Counted from the stretch's first letter, positions 20,365 through 30,879 are shown. The stretch: 50,076 nt of DNA from an uncultured Gammaproteobacteria bacterium (GCA_964402425.1 CAYOCD010000007.1:1081-51156), one strand, 5' to 3'. The notes: generated by a model from the letters alone, not told the origin. Numbers and translations: made by a program.

Positions 20365-20388
20365 TGAAGTCACGTAAAAAAACGTGTT

Positions 20389-20682
20389 ATGGATTTTTCT
20401 CTTTCGGCTATCAATATCCCTGTTTTTGTTGTCTTGATTGCATATGCAATTTATCTCATCTTTTATGTTCTTTATAGTTTTTTTAACCTCTTTCACTTAA
20501 TAAAATACGGTGTTGAAGGTGCTCCCCTCTTTCTTATTGTGACAATTTTTGCTGCCGGAACCATCTTCCTTGTTGCAGGATCGATTCTTTGGCTCGCTAT
20601 GTTTGATTGGACGTTTGCAATCCCTATTGATCAATTCCTCGGATTATTCAAGAATGATGTTTTGCCTGTTTTGGAATTTTAA
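20389..20682 (+). CDS. small membrane protein
   Basis: Two hydrophobic helices; co-oriented with ruvB. Confidence 0.7.
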   Translation: MDFSLSAINIPVFVVLIAYAIYLIFYVLYSFFNLFHLIKYGVEGAPLFLIVTIFAAGTIFLVAGSILWLAMFDWTFAIPIDQFLGLFKNDVLPVLEF

Positions 20683-20687
20683 TTTGT

Positions 20688-21254
20688 ATGTTGAACCTTC
20701 ATCATCTCCCAAACCAACGCCCGGACGAAAAACTCATCACTATTTTGCGTCGTCATTGGTTTGCCCTCTTAACGATTGTTGGATCGTTCGTTCTTTTAAC
20801 GGTGGTTCCACTTCTTCTTGGAACTTATTTTTGGGAAACACTTTCCCTGTGGACCCAGCAACCGTTTTTGGGACCCGTTCTTGTTATCATGATCAGCATC
20901 TATTTTCTTTCCATTTGGCTCTTTGCCTTTTTGGAATTCACCAATTATTACCTTGATATGTGGGTGATCACAAACGAACGCATCATCAACATTGAACAAG
21001 AAGGATTATTTAAACGAACAACTTCTGAACTTGATCTTGCCTCTGTCCAAGACGCCACATCAGAAGTACGAGGTTTTTTACAAACGATGTTTTCTTACGG
21101 AAATGTCTTTGTACAAACAGCCGGTGAAAAAGGACGTTTCCATTTTAAAAACATTCCATATCCAGAGCGCATCCAAGAAGTTGTTATGCGACTCGTTCAG
21201 GAAGATAAACAACGCGTTGTAAAACAACCCGCAACAGAAAAACCCACCGCATAA
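20688..21254 (+). CDS. membrane protein with bacterial PH domain
   Basis: RRHW, two TM segments, WVITNERII..QEGLF..VQD..YGNVFVQTAG. Confidence 0.85.
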   Translation: MLNLHHLPNQRPDEKLITILRRHWFALLTIVGSFVLLTVVPLLLGTYFWETLSLWTQQPFLGPVLVIMISIYFLSIWLFAFLEFTNYYLDMWVITNERIINIEQEGLFKRTTSELDLASVQDATSEVRGFLQTMFSYGNVFVQTAGEKGRFHFKNIPYPERIQEVVMRLVQEDKQRVVKQPATEKPTA

Positions 21255-21268
21255 GCGATGGGTTTTTT
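21238..21268. terminator. bidirectional terminator
   Basis: aaaaacccaccgc-ataa-gcgatgggtttttt. Confidence 0.7.
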
Positions 21269-21269
21269 C

Positions 21270-22325
21270 TTATTTCCACTCATATACATTCCACGCCCAA
21301 TTCACAAGTGTTTGTGTGTCGGCAAACGATTGTGCGCGCGAATCTGCTCCAAAAAGCACAACAAGGAGTTCACGTGTTTTATCTGTTGCACTTGGTCTAA
21401 TCGTAGATGCAAGGTTCCATTTTGATTCTTCTAAGTAACCTGTCTTTCCTCCTGTCACATACAACGCATCATATTCAGGATAGGTAAGCATCCAGTTTGT
21501 ACTTTTAATTTTTTTGGTTTCACCTGTATTTGCCACACGAACCACTTTAAGCGATGTTCCAAGATAACGAGCTGCTTTTGGATTTTCAAATACGACTTTT
21601 ACGAGTTGGGCAAGTTCCAAAGGAGTTGAAACATTTCCGAGTTCCATTCCGCTTGGATCCGCAAAATGTGTTTTTGTAAGACCAAGCTCAACAGCACGTG
21701 CATTCATTTTTTCAACAAACGCATCCCGTGAAAGTCCTGTTGTTCGTGAAAGGGCATTAGCTGCGTTATTCGCAGAACCAACCAACATAGCATAGAACAA
21801 ATCATCTACAGATAACGTATCTCCATTTTTTACAGCAAGCTTTGCTCCACCAACATTATCTTCTGTCAGAACGGGAAATAATTGTTTAAGCGAAGGATTT
21901 TTTGAAAGAACAATATCTGTGGTCATGAGTTTTGTAAGAGACGCAATCGGCCACACAAGCTGTTCGTTTTTCATGCTAAGAATAGTTCCTGTCTTTTTGT
22001 CCATCACCACATACGCTGTTGCCCGAACTTTTGATTCAATCTCTGATGGATCCACGCGCGTAATACGGGTTTTAGATGCGTTTGGTGCATAGGATGCAAG
22101 AATGAACGGATATTCTTTCCATCCATATGCACGAGCCCATTCCTCCAAATTTTTGATCGATCCCGTCTGTGCATTTGGCATGAGCGAACCTGTCACCGGC
22201 GCAAACACACGCTGTAAATCAGAACGTGAATGATAGACACCCCAAAGCGCGTCTGATGATGCAAAAACAGCGGATGGAAAAGCCGTAGTAAGAAAAATAC
22301 ACAGCGAAATAAATTTTTTGTTCAT
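21270..22325 (-). CDS. D-alanyl-D-alanine carboxypeptidase/endopeptidase (peptidase S11)
   Basis: ASLTK (SxxK), SAN (SxN) and KTG motifs; signal peptide. Confidence 0.92.
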   Translation of the reverse strand: MNKKFISLCIFLTTAFPSAVFASSDALWGVYHSRSDLQRVFAPVTGSLMPNAQTGSIKNLEEWARAYGWKEYPFILASYAPNASKTRITRVDPSEIESKVRATAYVVMDKKTGTILSMKNEQLVWPIASLTKLMTTDIVLSKNPSLKQLFPVLTEDNVGGAKLAVKNGDTLSVDDLFYAMLVGSANNAANALSRTTGLSRDAFVEKMNARAVELGLTKTHFADPSGMELGNVSTPLELAQLVKVVFENPKAARYLGTSLKVVRVANTGETKKIKSTNWMLTYPEYDALYVTGGKTGYLEESKWNLASTIRPSATDKTRELLVVLFGADSRAQSFADTQTLVNWAWNVYEWK

Positions 22326-22370
22326 ATGCTTTATTTTATCTCTTCCTTTCCGCCCCTTCCGCCTTTCCCC

Positions 22371-24584
22371 CTAATTCCATCGTTTTAACAAATCAACATC
22401 TTGATAAAAATAATGCAAAATTTCATCCCATTTCTTTCCATTTTTTGCCATACAAAGCGCTTCGCTTGCGGACAATCCAATGCCATGACCCCATAGTTTT
22501 AATCCTTTTGAAGCATCACACGGAGTTGGCACAGATTTAATCCAAGCAACGGTTCCGTGCCAAACCTCTCCCCAATCACGTGTGCGTCCGTCTGATCGGG
22601 AAAAATAAGGAGTGATTGCTGTCTTTCCTGCATACGTTACCGTGACACCGCGTGTTGCTTGTGCAGAAGTGCGAATAGAAGGATTGTTCACTTCATATTC
22701 ATACCCTCGATAAACCTGATCATCGGCAGATGAATTCATGTGAAAAAATTCCTTGGCATGCTTTGTTGCGCGCTCCCAGTGATACAGCGCATAGGTACGC
22801 GCAATGGTGATCAATGTTTTTTTGAATTCAAAATCAGAATATTCAGATGTTTCTCCAAGACCTGCAAGATAATCTTCGATCTTTACCTCATTAATAACCC
22901 ACGTACGATCTTTTGAGCTGTTATATCTCAGTTCCAAGATGTTGCGAAACGTATTTTCTGCATAACCTGCCCGGCGCGTAACACGCTTATCAAAATTTTC
23001 AATCTTACACACGGATGTGTCTGAATTTGGAACAAATCGTAAATAGAATGAAGACTGTTCTAATCCTTGTCCGCGATTAAAATAATAGCGATTGTTTTTA
23101 TAAAACGCTGTGATGGATTGGTTTGCGAGTTGTTCTGCAAGCAGAGCTCCATTTCCATCTATCAACTTCCAATCTTGATTACAACTTATTTTAACTTGAT
23201 TATCTGTTTCTTCATCAACAATCAAAACACCGATACGTAAAAGAGGTTCTTGAATTTGATTGAATAATTCTGATTCATGAATAACGGGTGCATTCAACAC
23301 ATCAGCCGCATCAGACGTCACTTCAACAGGAATCACGATTTCCGCATCCGGCAATACAACATCATTGGCGGCAAAGGCATATTTCAGGGTGTAAACCCCT
23401 TTCGTTGGAGGGGTCACAAATTCAAACGAAAGAAAATCGATTGCCCCTGGCTCTGTACTGCCCGTTGCATTAAGGGCGAGTCGAATAGGGTTTGCATCTG
23501 AAACAGCAGCTGTTGCAAACGTGTCTTGTGAACGAATTTCTCGCTTTGTCCATGCAATACTACCTGTATTTTTCATTCCAACTTTAAACTGAATACGCTC
23601 CCCACCATCTGCAGTAACGGTTTTTTGTGAGCGTAATAAAACCATGGCGGATAACCCATTTACCAACGTATGTGAAACAGATTGTGCATTTGTGGAAGAC
23701 GAAACGGTTTCAGCAGGTTTTTCTACATTCACATGAAGAGTAACAACACTTCCTGGAATCCAAGTTGTTTTTTCTGACGCAAGTTCAAACACCTCTGTAT
23801 AGGCCCCTATTTTATTTGGCGCCGTAAGAGGAAGCAAAAACGTTCCTGTCTTACCTGGTGCAACAGATACCTCCTTAAGTTTTACGGATTGTGTGGTACT
23901 CAACCATGTTTTATCAGCAAAAACACTTTTTCTTTCTCTTTTTTCAGATGTATAAAGGGATATAAATGAAGTACCAGAATTCTTCCATGTGGTTTTTCCG
24001 ATATTTTTAAATGTCAGCTCAACCGTTTTTGTCTCACCCGGAGTAAGGTGAATTGATTCTGGAGAAGTTTGTAATAATGCCTCAAAGCCTTTACGCGCAG
24101 CACTTTTTACTTCAATTGATAACGCGATTTCTCCTCCTGGAATCCAAGTAACATCTTCTGAGACAAGCGCAAATGATTCTTTGTATTTGCCAACTTTTTC
24201 TGGCGCACGCAATGTTAACGAAAAATAACCGATCTTATTTTGAATAACGGATGCTTCTTTTAATTTTACTGGATGCGTTGGGTCAATCCAATTTGGATGT
24301 GCAAAAATACTTTTGCGATATTTTTCTGCTGTTGTGTAAAGAGAAACATAGCCAGTCCCTGACTGATTCCAAGTTTCTTTTCCAATATTTTTATAAGCAA
24401 CATCTATTGTTTTTATTTCACCTGGCGCCATTACGATCGTTGATGTTGTTTTTTGTAATTGTGCTTCAAATCCCTTACGTGGAGCAGCGGAAACAATAGA
24501 TGTAGAAAAAAGGCCCAAGAAAAAAACAAGACCGAGCGTGACGATCTTTTTTGCGCGGGCATTTTGGAAAAAAACATGCTTCAT
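22371..24584 (-). CDS. SpoIID/LytB-domain protein with N-terminal NBR1-like Ig repeats
   Basis: Repeats of KNIG..TW...L.AP...G.Y.E.F; C-terminal INEVKIEDYLAG, ARTYA, DQVYRG, GHGIGLS, ILHYFY. Confidence 0.88.
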   Translation of the reverse strand: MKHVFFQNARAKKIVTLGLVFFLGLFSTSIVSAAPRKGFEAQLQKTTSTIVMAPGEIKTIDVAYKNIGKETWNQSGTGYVSLYTTAEKYRKSIFAHPNWIDPTHPVKLKEASVIQNKIGYFSLTLRAPEKVGKYKESFALVSEDVTWIPGGEIALSIEVKSAARKGFEALLQTSPESIHLTPGETKTVELTFKNIGKTTWKNSGTSFISLYTSEKRERKSVFADKTWLSTTQSVKLKEVSVAPGKTGTFLLPLTAPNKIGAYTEVFELASEKTTWIPGSVVTLHVNVEKPAETVSSSTNAQSVSHTLVNGLSAMVLLRSQKTVTADGGERIQFKVGMKNTGSIAWTKREIRSQDTFATAAVSDANPIRLALNATGSTEPGAIDFLSFEFVTPPTKGVYTLKYAFAANDVVLPDAEIVIPVEVTSDAADVLNAPVIHESELFNQIQEPLLRIGVLIVDEETDNQVKISCNQDWKLIDGNGALLAEQLANQSITAFYKNNRYYFNRGQGLEQSSFYLRFVPNSDTSVCKIENFDKRVTRRAGYAENTFRNILELRYNSSKDRTWVINEVKIEDYLAGLGETSEYSDFEFKKTLITIARTYALYHWERATKHAKEFFHMNSSADDQVYRGYEYEVNNPSIRTSAQATRGVTVTYAGKTAITPYFSRSDGRTRDWGEVWHGTVAWIKSVPTPCDASKGLKLWGHGIGLSASEALCMAKNGKKWDEILHYFYQDVDLLKRWN

Positions 24585-24672
24585 AGTCTAAGCAGTTTAC
24601 CCAAAAAAAACACATGGGTCAAAAACCTTATCGCTTTTCCAGCCCTCTTCACCCTGCTACAATGACGACATT

Positions 24673-26106
24673 ATGATCAGTGCTCAATCTCTTGCAAAAA
24701 ATTTCACCATTCAGACCATTGGAAAGGTTCTTTCGATCCTTCTTGGTCTTGTCACCATCGCTATTATTACACGCGCTCTTGGTACAGAACAATTTGGTGA
24801 ATACACCACCATTGCCACCTATTTGCAGTTTTTTGGCATTTTGGTGGATTTTGGTTTAACCCTCACTCTTCTTGTCATGATTTCGGAAAACGGGGCGAAT
24901 GAGGAAAAAATTGTTGGAAACTTTCTGGGACTTCGGCTTGTTTCTGGTTTTTTTCTGTTTGCCCTTGCTCCTATCATCATTCTTGCATTCCCCTACTCGT
25001 CAACCATCAAACAAGCCGTCCTTTTTGGTGCGTTCGCTTATTTTCTGATGGGTGGGGCATCCCTCCTCGTCGGTGTTTTTCAAAAACATGAAGCTATGTG
25101 GCGCGCAGCCTTAGGAGAGCTCATCAACCGACTGGTTCTTCTTATCACAATTGCGATTCTCGCATGGTTTCAGTTTGGTGTTGTCGCTTTTGTTGCAGCA
25201 GCAATCCTTGCAAACGCTGTTTGGTTTTGGCTCATGATTCGTTTTGCAAAACCATTCATTCTTATTCGTCCAAAATTTGAACTTCCTGTATGGAAAGATA
25301 TTATCGGACGCAGTTGGCCGATTGCGGTTTCCATTATTTTTAACCTGATGTATTTGAAAGGGGATATTTTGATCCTTTCTTTGTTTCGATCGCAAACCGA
25401 AGTTGGATTGTATGGAGTCGCATATCGCATCATCGATATTCTGACAGTCCTTCCTATGATGTTCATGGGGCTTTTACTCCCCTCACTCACACACGCTTGG
25501 ACAAACGGTCATCATGACCAATTCCGCTCACGCCTTTCGCACACGTTTGATATCTTCATGATTGCGGTCATACCCATCATTGCTGGTGCACAAATTCTTG
25601 GCACAGAACTCATTACCTTTATTGCGGGACCTGGATATGAACAAGGTGGAGATATTTTGAAAGTGTTGATTCTCGCGGTTTTTGGCGTTTTTATTGGAAC
25701 ATTATTTGGTCACCTTGTTGTTGCTCTCAATAAACAACGAACAATGATTTTTGGATACGCAACAGCCGCCACACTCTCTCTCGTAGGATATTTTTATTTG
25801 ATTCCGAAGTATGGAATGTACGGTGCTGCCTGGATGACTGTCTTTTCGGAAGTATTCATTGCAATCGTCACATTTGTTGTTGTCTATAAAACCTCAAAAG
25901 CCCTTCCGCATCTTGGTGTATTTCTTAAATCTGTCTTTGCGGCACTTCTCATGTCAGGATTTATTCTTGTTCTTCCCTCAATGCATGTGGCACTCGATAT
26001 TTTATTCGGTGCACTCATTTATTTTGTGGCTATGGTGGCAATCGGTGGTATTAAGTGGGAAGATCTTAAGCTTATGGTTCCTGGACGCTTCAAAAAATCC
26101 GTATGA
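24673..26106 (+). CDS. wzx: Wzx-type polysaccharide flippase
   Basis: Many TM segments; RALGTEQFGEY, DFGL, VGLYGVAYR, LIPKYGMYGAAW. Confidence 0.88.
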   Translation: MISAQSLAKNFTIQTIGKVLSILLGLVTIAIITRALGTEQFGEYTTIATYLQFFGILVDFGLTLTLLVMISENGANEEKIVGNFLGLRLVSGFFLFALAPIIILAFPYSSTIKQAVLFGAFAYFLMGGASLLVGVFQKHEAMWRAALGELINRLVLLITIAILAWFQFGVVAFVAAAILANAVWFWLMIRFAKPFILIRPKFELPVWKDIIGRSWPIAVSIIFNLMYLKGDILILSLFRSQTEVGLYGVAYRIIDILTVLPMMFMGLLLPSLTHAWTNGHHDQFRSRLSHTFDIFMIAVIPIIAGAQILGTELITFIAGPGYEQGGDILKVLILAVFGVFIGTLFGHLVVALNKQRTMIFGYATAATLSLVGYFYLIPKYGMYGAAWMTVFSEVFIAIVTFVVVYKTSKALPHLGVFLKSVFAALLMSGFILVLPSMHVALDILFGALIYFVAMVAIGGIKWEDLKLMVPGRFKKSV

Positions 26107-27350
26107 TGTTTGTTATCATCGCTCTCCTCGCTCTCTTTGCCTTTCTCACCTGGCGCAATCTTGAAACAGGCGTGCTCTTGTTGTGTGCCCTTTTACCAAG
26201 TTATCTCATTCGATTTTCAATCGGAGGCGTACCAACAACTTTTCTTGAAGCAATGACATTCATCGTCGTTGGTATCTGGTCAATCAAGACAAATTGGAAG
26301 ACAGAAATACAAGTGTTTAAAAAAAATCCACTCATGATTGCGATTGATCTTTTATTACTCGCAGCAACGATCGGCATATTCATTTCACCTGACAAACAAG
26401 CAGCAATCGGCGTTTGGAAAGCCTTTTACATCGAACCGGTCCTGGTGTTTTTTGTCATCCTTCGTTTGTTTGCAAAATCTTCCTCGCAACAAAATAGAAT
26501 CAAGAGAACGCAAGAAAAAATATTTCAGGCATTTGGGGCAAGTGCTCTTCTTATTTCCCTTTTCGGTCTCATCCAATATGTTTTTTTGATCGGTATTCCA
26601 GCCCCATGGGATCTTGAGCGTCGTATCACAAGCCTCTTTGAATATCCAAATGCCCTTGCTCTCTTTCTTGAGCCGATCATTGTGATTTCATGGTTCATGA
26701 TTCCAACATATGTAAAAACAAAACCAAAAGAATTTTGGTTTTGGCTTTTTGTAAGTATCCTTTCAACCATCAATGTGTTTCTTGCGCAATCAGAAGCAGG
26801 AATCGCCGCACTTATTGTCACAGCTGTTTGTATTCTCCTATTTTCGAAAACAACACGCCGACAAACACTCGCTTCGATCATGATCATAAGCGCACTCGTC
26901 TTCACAATTCCAACCTCTCGTGAATACCTTATAAAAAAACTCATATTTCAGGACACATCCGAACAAGTTCGTCTCAGTCAGTGGAAAGAAACAGGGGTAC
27001 TTCTCAAAGATCACCCAATCATGGGGGTTGGACTTTCTGGATACCCGATCGCTCTCAAACCGTATCACCACGATGTACCATACGAAATTTTCCAATATCC
27101 TCACAACATTTTTCTCAACATCTGGGTCGAACTCGGAATACTTGGACTTGCAGCATTTTCCCTTCTTGCCTTCCAACTTTTCTTTCGCCCCTTCCGACCT
27201 GTCAGCATTTTCTTTTTTCTCTTCCTTGAGATCTTCCTTCACAGCCTTGTCGATGTTCCCTATTTCAAAAATGATCTTGCGATGATGACGTGGATCTTCA
27301 TTGCATGTGCAATCGCATTACGAACAAACAAACCATATGTCACTCTTTAA
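26103..27350 (+). CDS. O-antigen ligase/polymerase family protein
   Basis: RITSLFEYPNALA, QSEAG, RLSQW, HPIMGVG, YPHNIFL..ELGILG. Confidence 0.88.
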   Translation: MMFVIIALLALFAFLTWRNLETGVLLLCALLPSYLIRFSIGGVPTTFLEAMTFIVVGIWSIKTNWKTEIQVFKKNPLMIAIDLLLLAATIGIFISPDKQAAIGVWKAFYIEPVLVFFVILRLFAKSSSQQNRIKRTQEKIFQAFGASALLISLFGLIQYVFLIGIPAPWDLERRITSLFEYPNALALFLEPIIVISWFMIPTYVKTKPKEFWFWLFVSILSTINVFLAQSEAGIAALIVTAVCILLFSKTTRRQTLASIMIISALVFTIPTSREYLIKKLIFQDTSEQVRLSQWKETGVLLKDHPIMGVGLSGYPIALKPYHHDVPYEIFQYPHNIFLNIWVELGILGLAAFSLLAFQLFFRPFRPVSIFFFLFLEIFLHSLVDVPYFKNDLAMMTWIFIACAIALRTNKPYVTL

Positions 27351-27951
27351 TCGCACCATCAACACAGGAAAAACTTCTATTGGACTTTTTCCAATTCTCC
27401 TTGGACTGATTCTTCTTGGAACCGTTGGACTACAAATTTATAATCGCATTCCAACCCCCCTAAGCACTCCACTCCTCGCCAAAACACCAGACATGATCGA
27501 ACTCACTCGATTCGAAGATGTTGGAACACGCACACAAACCCCCATCTCTCTGCCAGAAAAATTATTCGGCAGTTCACTTCACCTCATCGGCCTCTACCCA
27601 AGCGGAACAAAAACTTGGCCTCAACAAAGCGTCGCGATGGTATTCATCAAAGACAACGCCCGTTTTGTTGAAATGGATGTTCTTCCAAACAAAAAACTCG
27701 CGGAAGTATCCCCACAATACACAGCTTATCCACAGGAAACCATTGTTGTCGGACAAGAACAAACAGGACTTCTTGTTCATTTACGCAGTGGTTTTACCTG
27801 CACAACTCCAAAACCAAACACCGTTCCCTCCATGTGTCTCATTACAAACATGTTACTGTTCGAAAAGAACGGAACCCTCATTCAACTCTCCATGGATGGA
27901 GATCATATTTCGGAAGGAGAACTCATTGAGATGGCGCGATCCATCAAGTAA
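27337..27951 (+). CDS. hypothetical membrane-anchored protein
   Basis: N-terminal TM helix; ends ELIEMARSIK; start overlaps the upstream gene end. Confidence 0.7.
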   Translation: MSLFNRTINTGKTSIGLFPILLGLILLGTVGLQIYNRIPTPLSTPLLAKTPDMIELTRFEDVGTRTQTPISLPEKLFGSSLHLIGLYPSGTKTWPQQSVAMVFIKDNARFVEMDVLPNKKLAEVSPQYTAYPQETIVVGQEQTGLLVHLRSGFTCTTPKPNTVPSMCLITNMLLFEKNGTLIQLSMDGDHISEGELIEMARSIK

Positions 27952-27953
27952 AC

Positions 27954-27986
27954 AAAAACCTCGCTCTTGGTTGGCGAGGTTTTTTT
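27954..27986. terminator. bidirectional terminator
   Basis: aaaaacctcgc...gcgaggttttttt. Confidence 0.7.
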
Positions 27987-27990
27987 ATTC

Positions 27991-29289
27991 TCATGTACCC
28001 TGTTTCCTTTTTGTAGCCGCGTCTATCGCACGATTTAATGCATTCAAGCGTTGAAACTCTCGTTCCAAAAATCGTATTTCTTCCACAACAGATTGATCCC
28101 CTCTCTTTCTTAGTTGAACCAATTTCCAATACCGATCATTCAATTCTTTACGTGTTGGAACATGTTTCTTCACTTCAGGCTCATCTTTTATTTCTGTCTG
28201 AACTCTTTCTGCCTTCACAGGCTGAACTTCTTGCTTTGTGGAACGCTGCGACATGAATTTGTTTCGTCGCTGCACCTGAAGTATTTGAAGTTTTTGTTCC
28301 AAATCATACGTTGGTAATCCTTTTTTTCGTTTCTTTGCGATCTGCAATTCTAGCTCCTGTTCCTCAATGCGATCCGCATTCTCCGGTGCAAAAATATGTT
28401 TTGTTGAGTATCCGATCGTTTCTGCTCCACGATCTACAAACTGCGTTCCGGACACATCTTGCGAATCAGCAATCTTTTTCATTGCCTCAAGTTGTCCCGA
28501 CAAAGCATCAATCAACTTTGAAGCTTTTGCATTTCCACGCTGTTCTAAGGCGCGTGCATATCCCAATTGACCCGCAAGCTGATCAACAATCTCTTGCACA
28601 ATGATCTGCCTTATTGGATGTTCCGCAAGAGCTTTTTGTTCGCCACGAACCCACAATCGCGCAATATCAATGACATGTTGCTTTTCCAAAGCTAAAACGA
28701 TCTTTGGAATGAGTCGTTTTCGACCTTGAATGCTTTTATCGATCGTCTGAAAATAAAATACTTCACCTAATTCTCCACGATTCAGTTGGCTGCGGATTTT
28801 TTCGAGCTTCCATTGAATGGTTTGCTGTTTTCCATGTGTTGCATCAATCGCAAATCCGACATGTCTGAGGGCACCTTCTTGATTAAACTCTGTAACAAAA
28901 TCAATTCCATTACAGAAATCGTCGTACTCGCATGTTTGTTGTGTATTCACGTTCGGACCGAGCCATTCGTTCAACTCGATTTGCTCAATCACAATCGCTT
29001 CTAAAATTTTCCCAAGTTTATGCACTTCTGCCGTTTCTGGATGTTCTTTTTGTTGATCAAAAATTCCACGCAAATAAGAAACTTCTTGTGCGTGCGCACG
29101 CATCACATTTGGATCAACAATTTCTTCAAAGTCTCTTGGATCAATCACATCCGTCTCAGTCTTGAGCGCTTTTTGATATGCCGCCTCAAGAATAATTTGA
29201 TCACTCTCAAGTTCCTTCCCTTCTTTTCCTTTTTGCATCGCCATCTCTTTTGCAACTCGAAAATGTTGGTCTGAACGAAAACGCTCCAT
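27991..29289 (-). CDS. hypothetical protein with a PD-(D/E)xK-like core and charged helical tail
   Basis: 432-aa ORF; GKILEA...EYDDFCNGIDFV...FAIDAT. Confidence 0.7.
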   Translation of the reverse strand: MERFRSDQHFRVAKEMAMQKGKEGKELESDQIILEAAYQKALKTETDVIDPRDFEEIVDPNVMRAHAQEVSYLRGIFDQQKEHPETAEVHKLGKILEAIVIEQIELNEWLGPNVNTQQTCEYDDFCNGIDFVTEFNQEGALRHVGFAIDATHGKQQTIQWKLEKIRSQLNRGELGEVFYFQTIDKSIQGRKRLIPKIVLALEKQHVIDIARLWVRGEQKALAEHPIRQIIVQEIVDQLAGQLGYARALEQRGNAKASKLIDALSGQLEAMKKIADSQDVSGTQFVDRGAETIGYSTKHIFAPENADRIEEQELELQIAKKRKKGLPTYDLEQKLQILQVQRRNKFMSQRSTKQEVQPVKAERVQTEIKDEPEVKKHVPTRKELNDRYWKLVQLRKRGDQSVVEEIRFLEREFQRLNALNRAIDAATKRKQGT

Positions 29290-29319
29290 AAAAATAGTTT
29301 ATTTCACGAACATCATACC

Positions 29320-29347
29320 AAAAACCACCGCACGAAGCGATGGTTTT
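29320..29347 (-). terminator. terminator hairpin
   Basis: aaaaaccaccgc-acgaa-gcgatggtttt. Confidence 0.55.
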
Positions 29348-29350
29348 AAC

Positions 29351-29560
29351 TTATTTTTTCTTTTTCCACTCCATCTTACTGAACACAAAGATGTACAAAA
29401 TCTCTAAAATTCCGATGGTATTTATGAGGAGGAGAGCTATAAACCAATAGACATCTTTCTTTTGTGCCGCCTTCCAAAGGGCAACGCCTTTCCAAGGAAT
29501 AGTCCAAAGAGCAGCGAGTATGATGGCCCAAACAGGTACGCTGTTTATGAATTGATTCAT
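29351..29560 (-). CDS. DUF5652-family small membrane protein
   Basis: WKGVALWKAA...WFIALLLINTIGILEILY. Confidence 0.88.
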   Translation of the reverse strand: MNQFINSVPVWAIILAALWTIPWKGVALWKAAQKKDVYWFIALLLINTIGILEILYIFVFSKMEWKKKK

Positions 29561-29572
29561 AGTGTATTTTTC

Positions 29573-30829
29573 CTAAAAAATAAATAATGAAAGTCCCGCG
29601 GCTGTCATGGCAAGCGTAATAAAAACACCAAGAATGTTTGAGAGAATTCCATTTGTGTGTTTTCCCATGATTTTTTTATTATTCGAAATATTTAAAATCA
29701 ATACAAGCAAAATAGGTGCAGCGAGTCCGTTCAACACGGCTGTATGATAAAGCATCTGAAACGGTGGAATCCCTAAAAAGTTCACGAGAAATCCAATTAA
29801 CATCGCCGCAATCATGACTCCGTAAAATCCGCGCGCATCTTGAAATTTCTTTTCGAGCCCTCCACTCCACCCAAACGCTTCTGAAACCGCAAACGAAGCA
29901 GAACCCGCAAGAATTGGGACCGCGAGAAGCCCGGTTCCGATAATACCGGCTGCAAACAGAAGGTAAGCAAAATCGCCAACGAGCGGTCTGAGTGCTTGCG
30001 CTGCTTGTGTGGCTGTATCAATGGTCACAGGTCCATTTGCTCCAATGGTTGAAGCAACCGTTACCATAATAAAGAACATGACGAGGTTTGAAAAAAGCAT
30101 GCCAATACCAGTATCAATCCATAAATCTTTAAAATCTTGCTTGGAAAGTTTTGGTTTCCCCATACCGAATCCCAAAATTTTATGATGTGCAATTTGTTCT
30201 TCTACTTCTTCATCTGCTTGCCAGAAAAAAAGATATGGGGAAATTGTTGTTCCAAGAATCGCGACGATGTTTGTGATGGATGTCTTATCAAACGTAAATG
30301 ACGGTGTGAATGTTGTCTGAAGAATCAATGACCAATCTTGTTTAATCACAAACGCCGCAAGCACGTACGCAAACAATGAAAGCGTCAGATATTTCAAAAA
30401 TTTTGCATAGGTAGAGTACGAAACCAAAATCTGTAAAAGCAATGAACTCATTGTGATCATGACAAGCCAAAGAGCAAACGGGAGCCCAAACACCATATTC
30501 ATGGCGGACGCCATCGCACCAAGATCTGCTCCAATATTAATAGTATTCGCACCAAGCAATAAAACAAGGGCGATCGCTAACACTTTTTTGGAATAGAACT
30601 TACGAATCACTCCAGACAATCCTTCTCCTGTAACAGTACCAATGCGTCCACACATTTCTTGAACGATAAGCATGAGCGGAAACGTAAAAAGAGCAACCCA
30701 CAAATGTGAAAACCCAAACATGGCACCGGTTTGAGAATAGGTTGCAATTCCGGATGGGTCATCATCCGCAGCCCCTGTAATAAATCCAGGACCGAGGCGC
30801 TGCCAAAATGATTTTTTCTTTTCTTTCAT
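29573..30829 (-). CDS. NRAMP-family divalent metal transporter
   Basis: LGPGFITGAADDDPSGIATY, VQEMCGRIG, LGTTISPY; about 11 TM segments. Confidence 0.9.
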   Translation of the reverse strand: MKEKKKSFWQRLGPGFITGAADDDPSGIATYSQTGAMFGFSHLWVALFTFPLMLIVQEMCGRIGTVTGEGLSGVIRKFYSKKVLAIALVLLLGANTINIGADLGAMASAMNMVFGLPFALWLVMITMSSLLLQILVSYSTYAKFLKYLTLSLFAYVLAAFVIKQDWSLILQTTFTPSFTFDKTSITNIVAILGTTISPYLFFWQADEEVEEQIAHHKILGFGMGKPKLSKQDFKDLWIDTGIGMLFSNLVMFFIMVTVASTIGANGPVTIDTATQAAQALRPLVGDFAYLLFAAGIIGTGLLAVPILAGSASFAVSEAFGWSGGLEKKFQDARGFYGVMIAAMLIGFLVNFLGIPPFQMLYHTAVLNGLAAPILLVLILNISNNKKIMGKHTNGILSNILGVFITLAMTAAGLSLFIF

Positions 30830-30879
30830 AACGCACTTAGTATAACAAAAATATCCCCACATGTGTGAGGATCTCTTTT

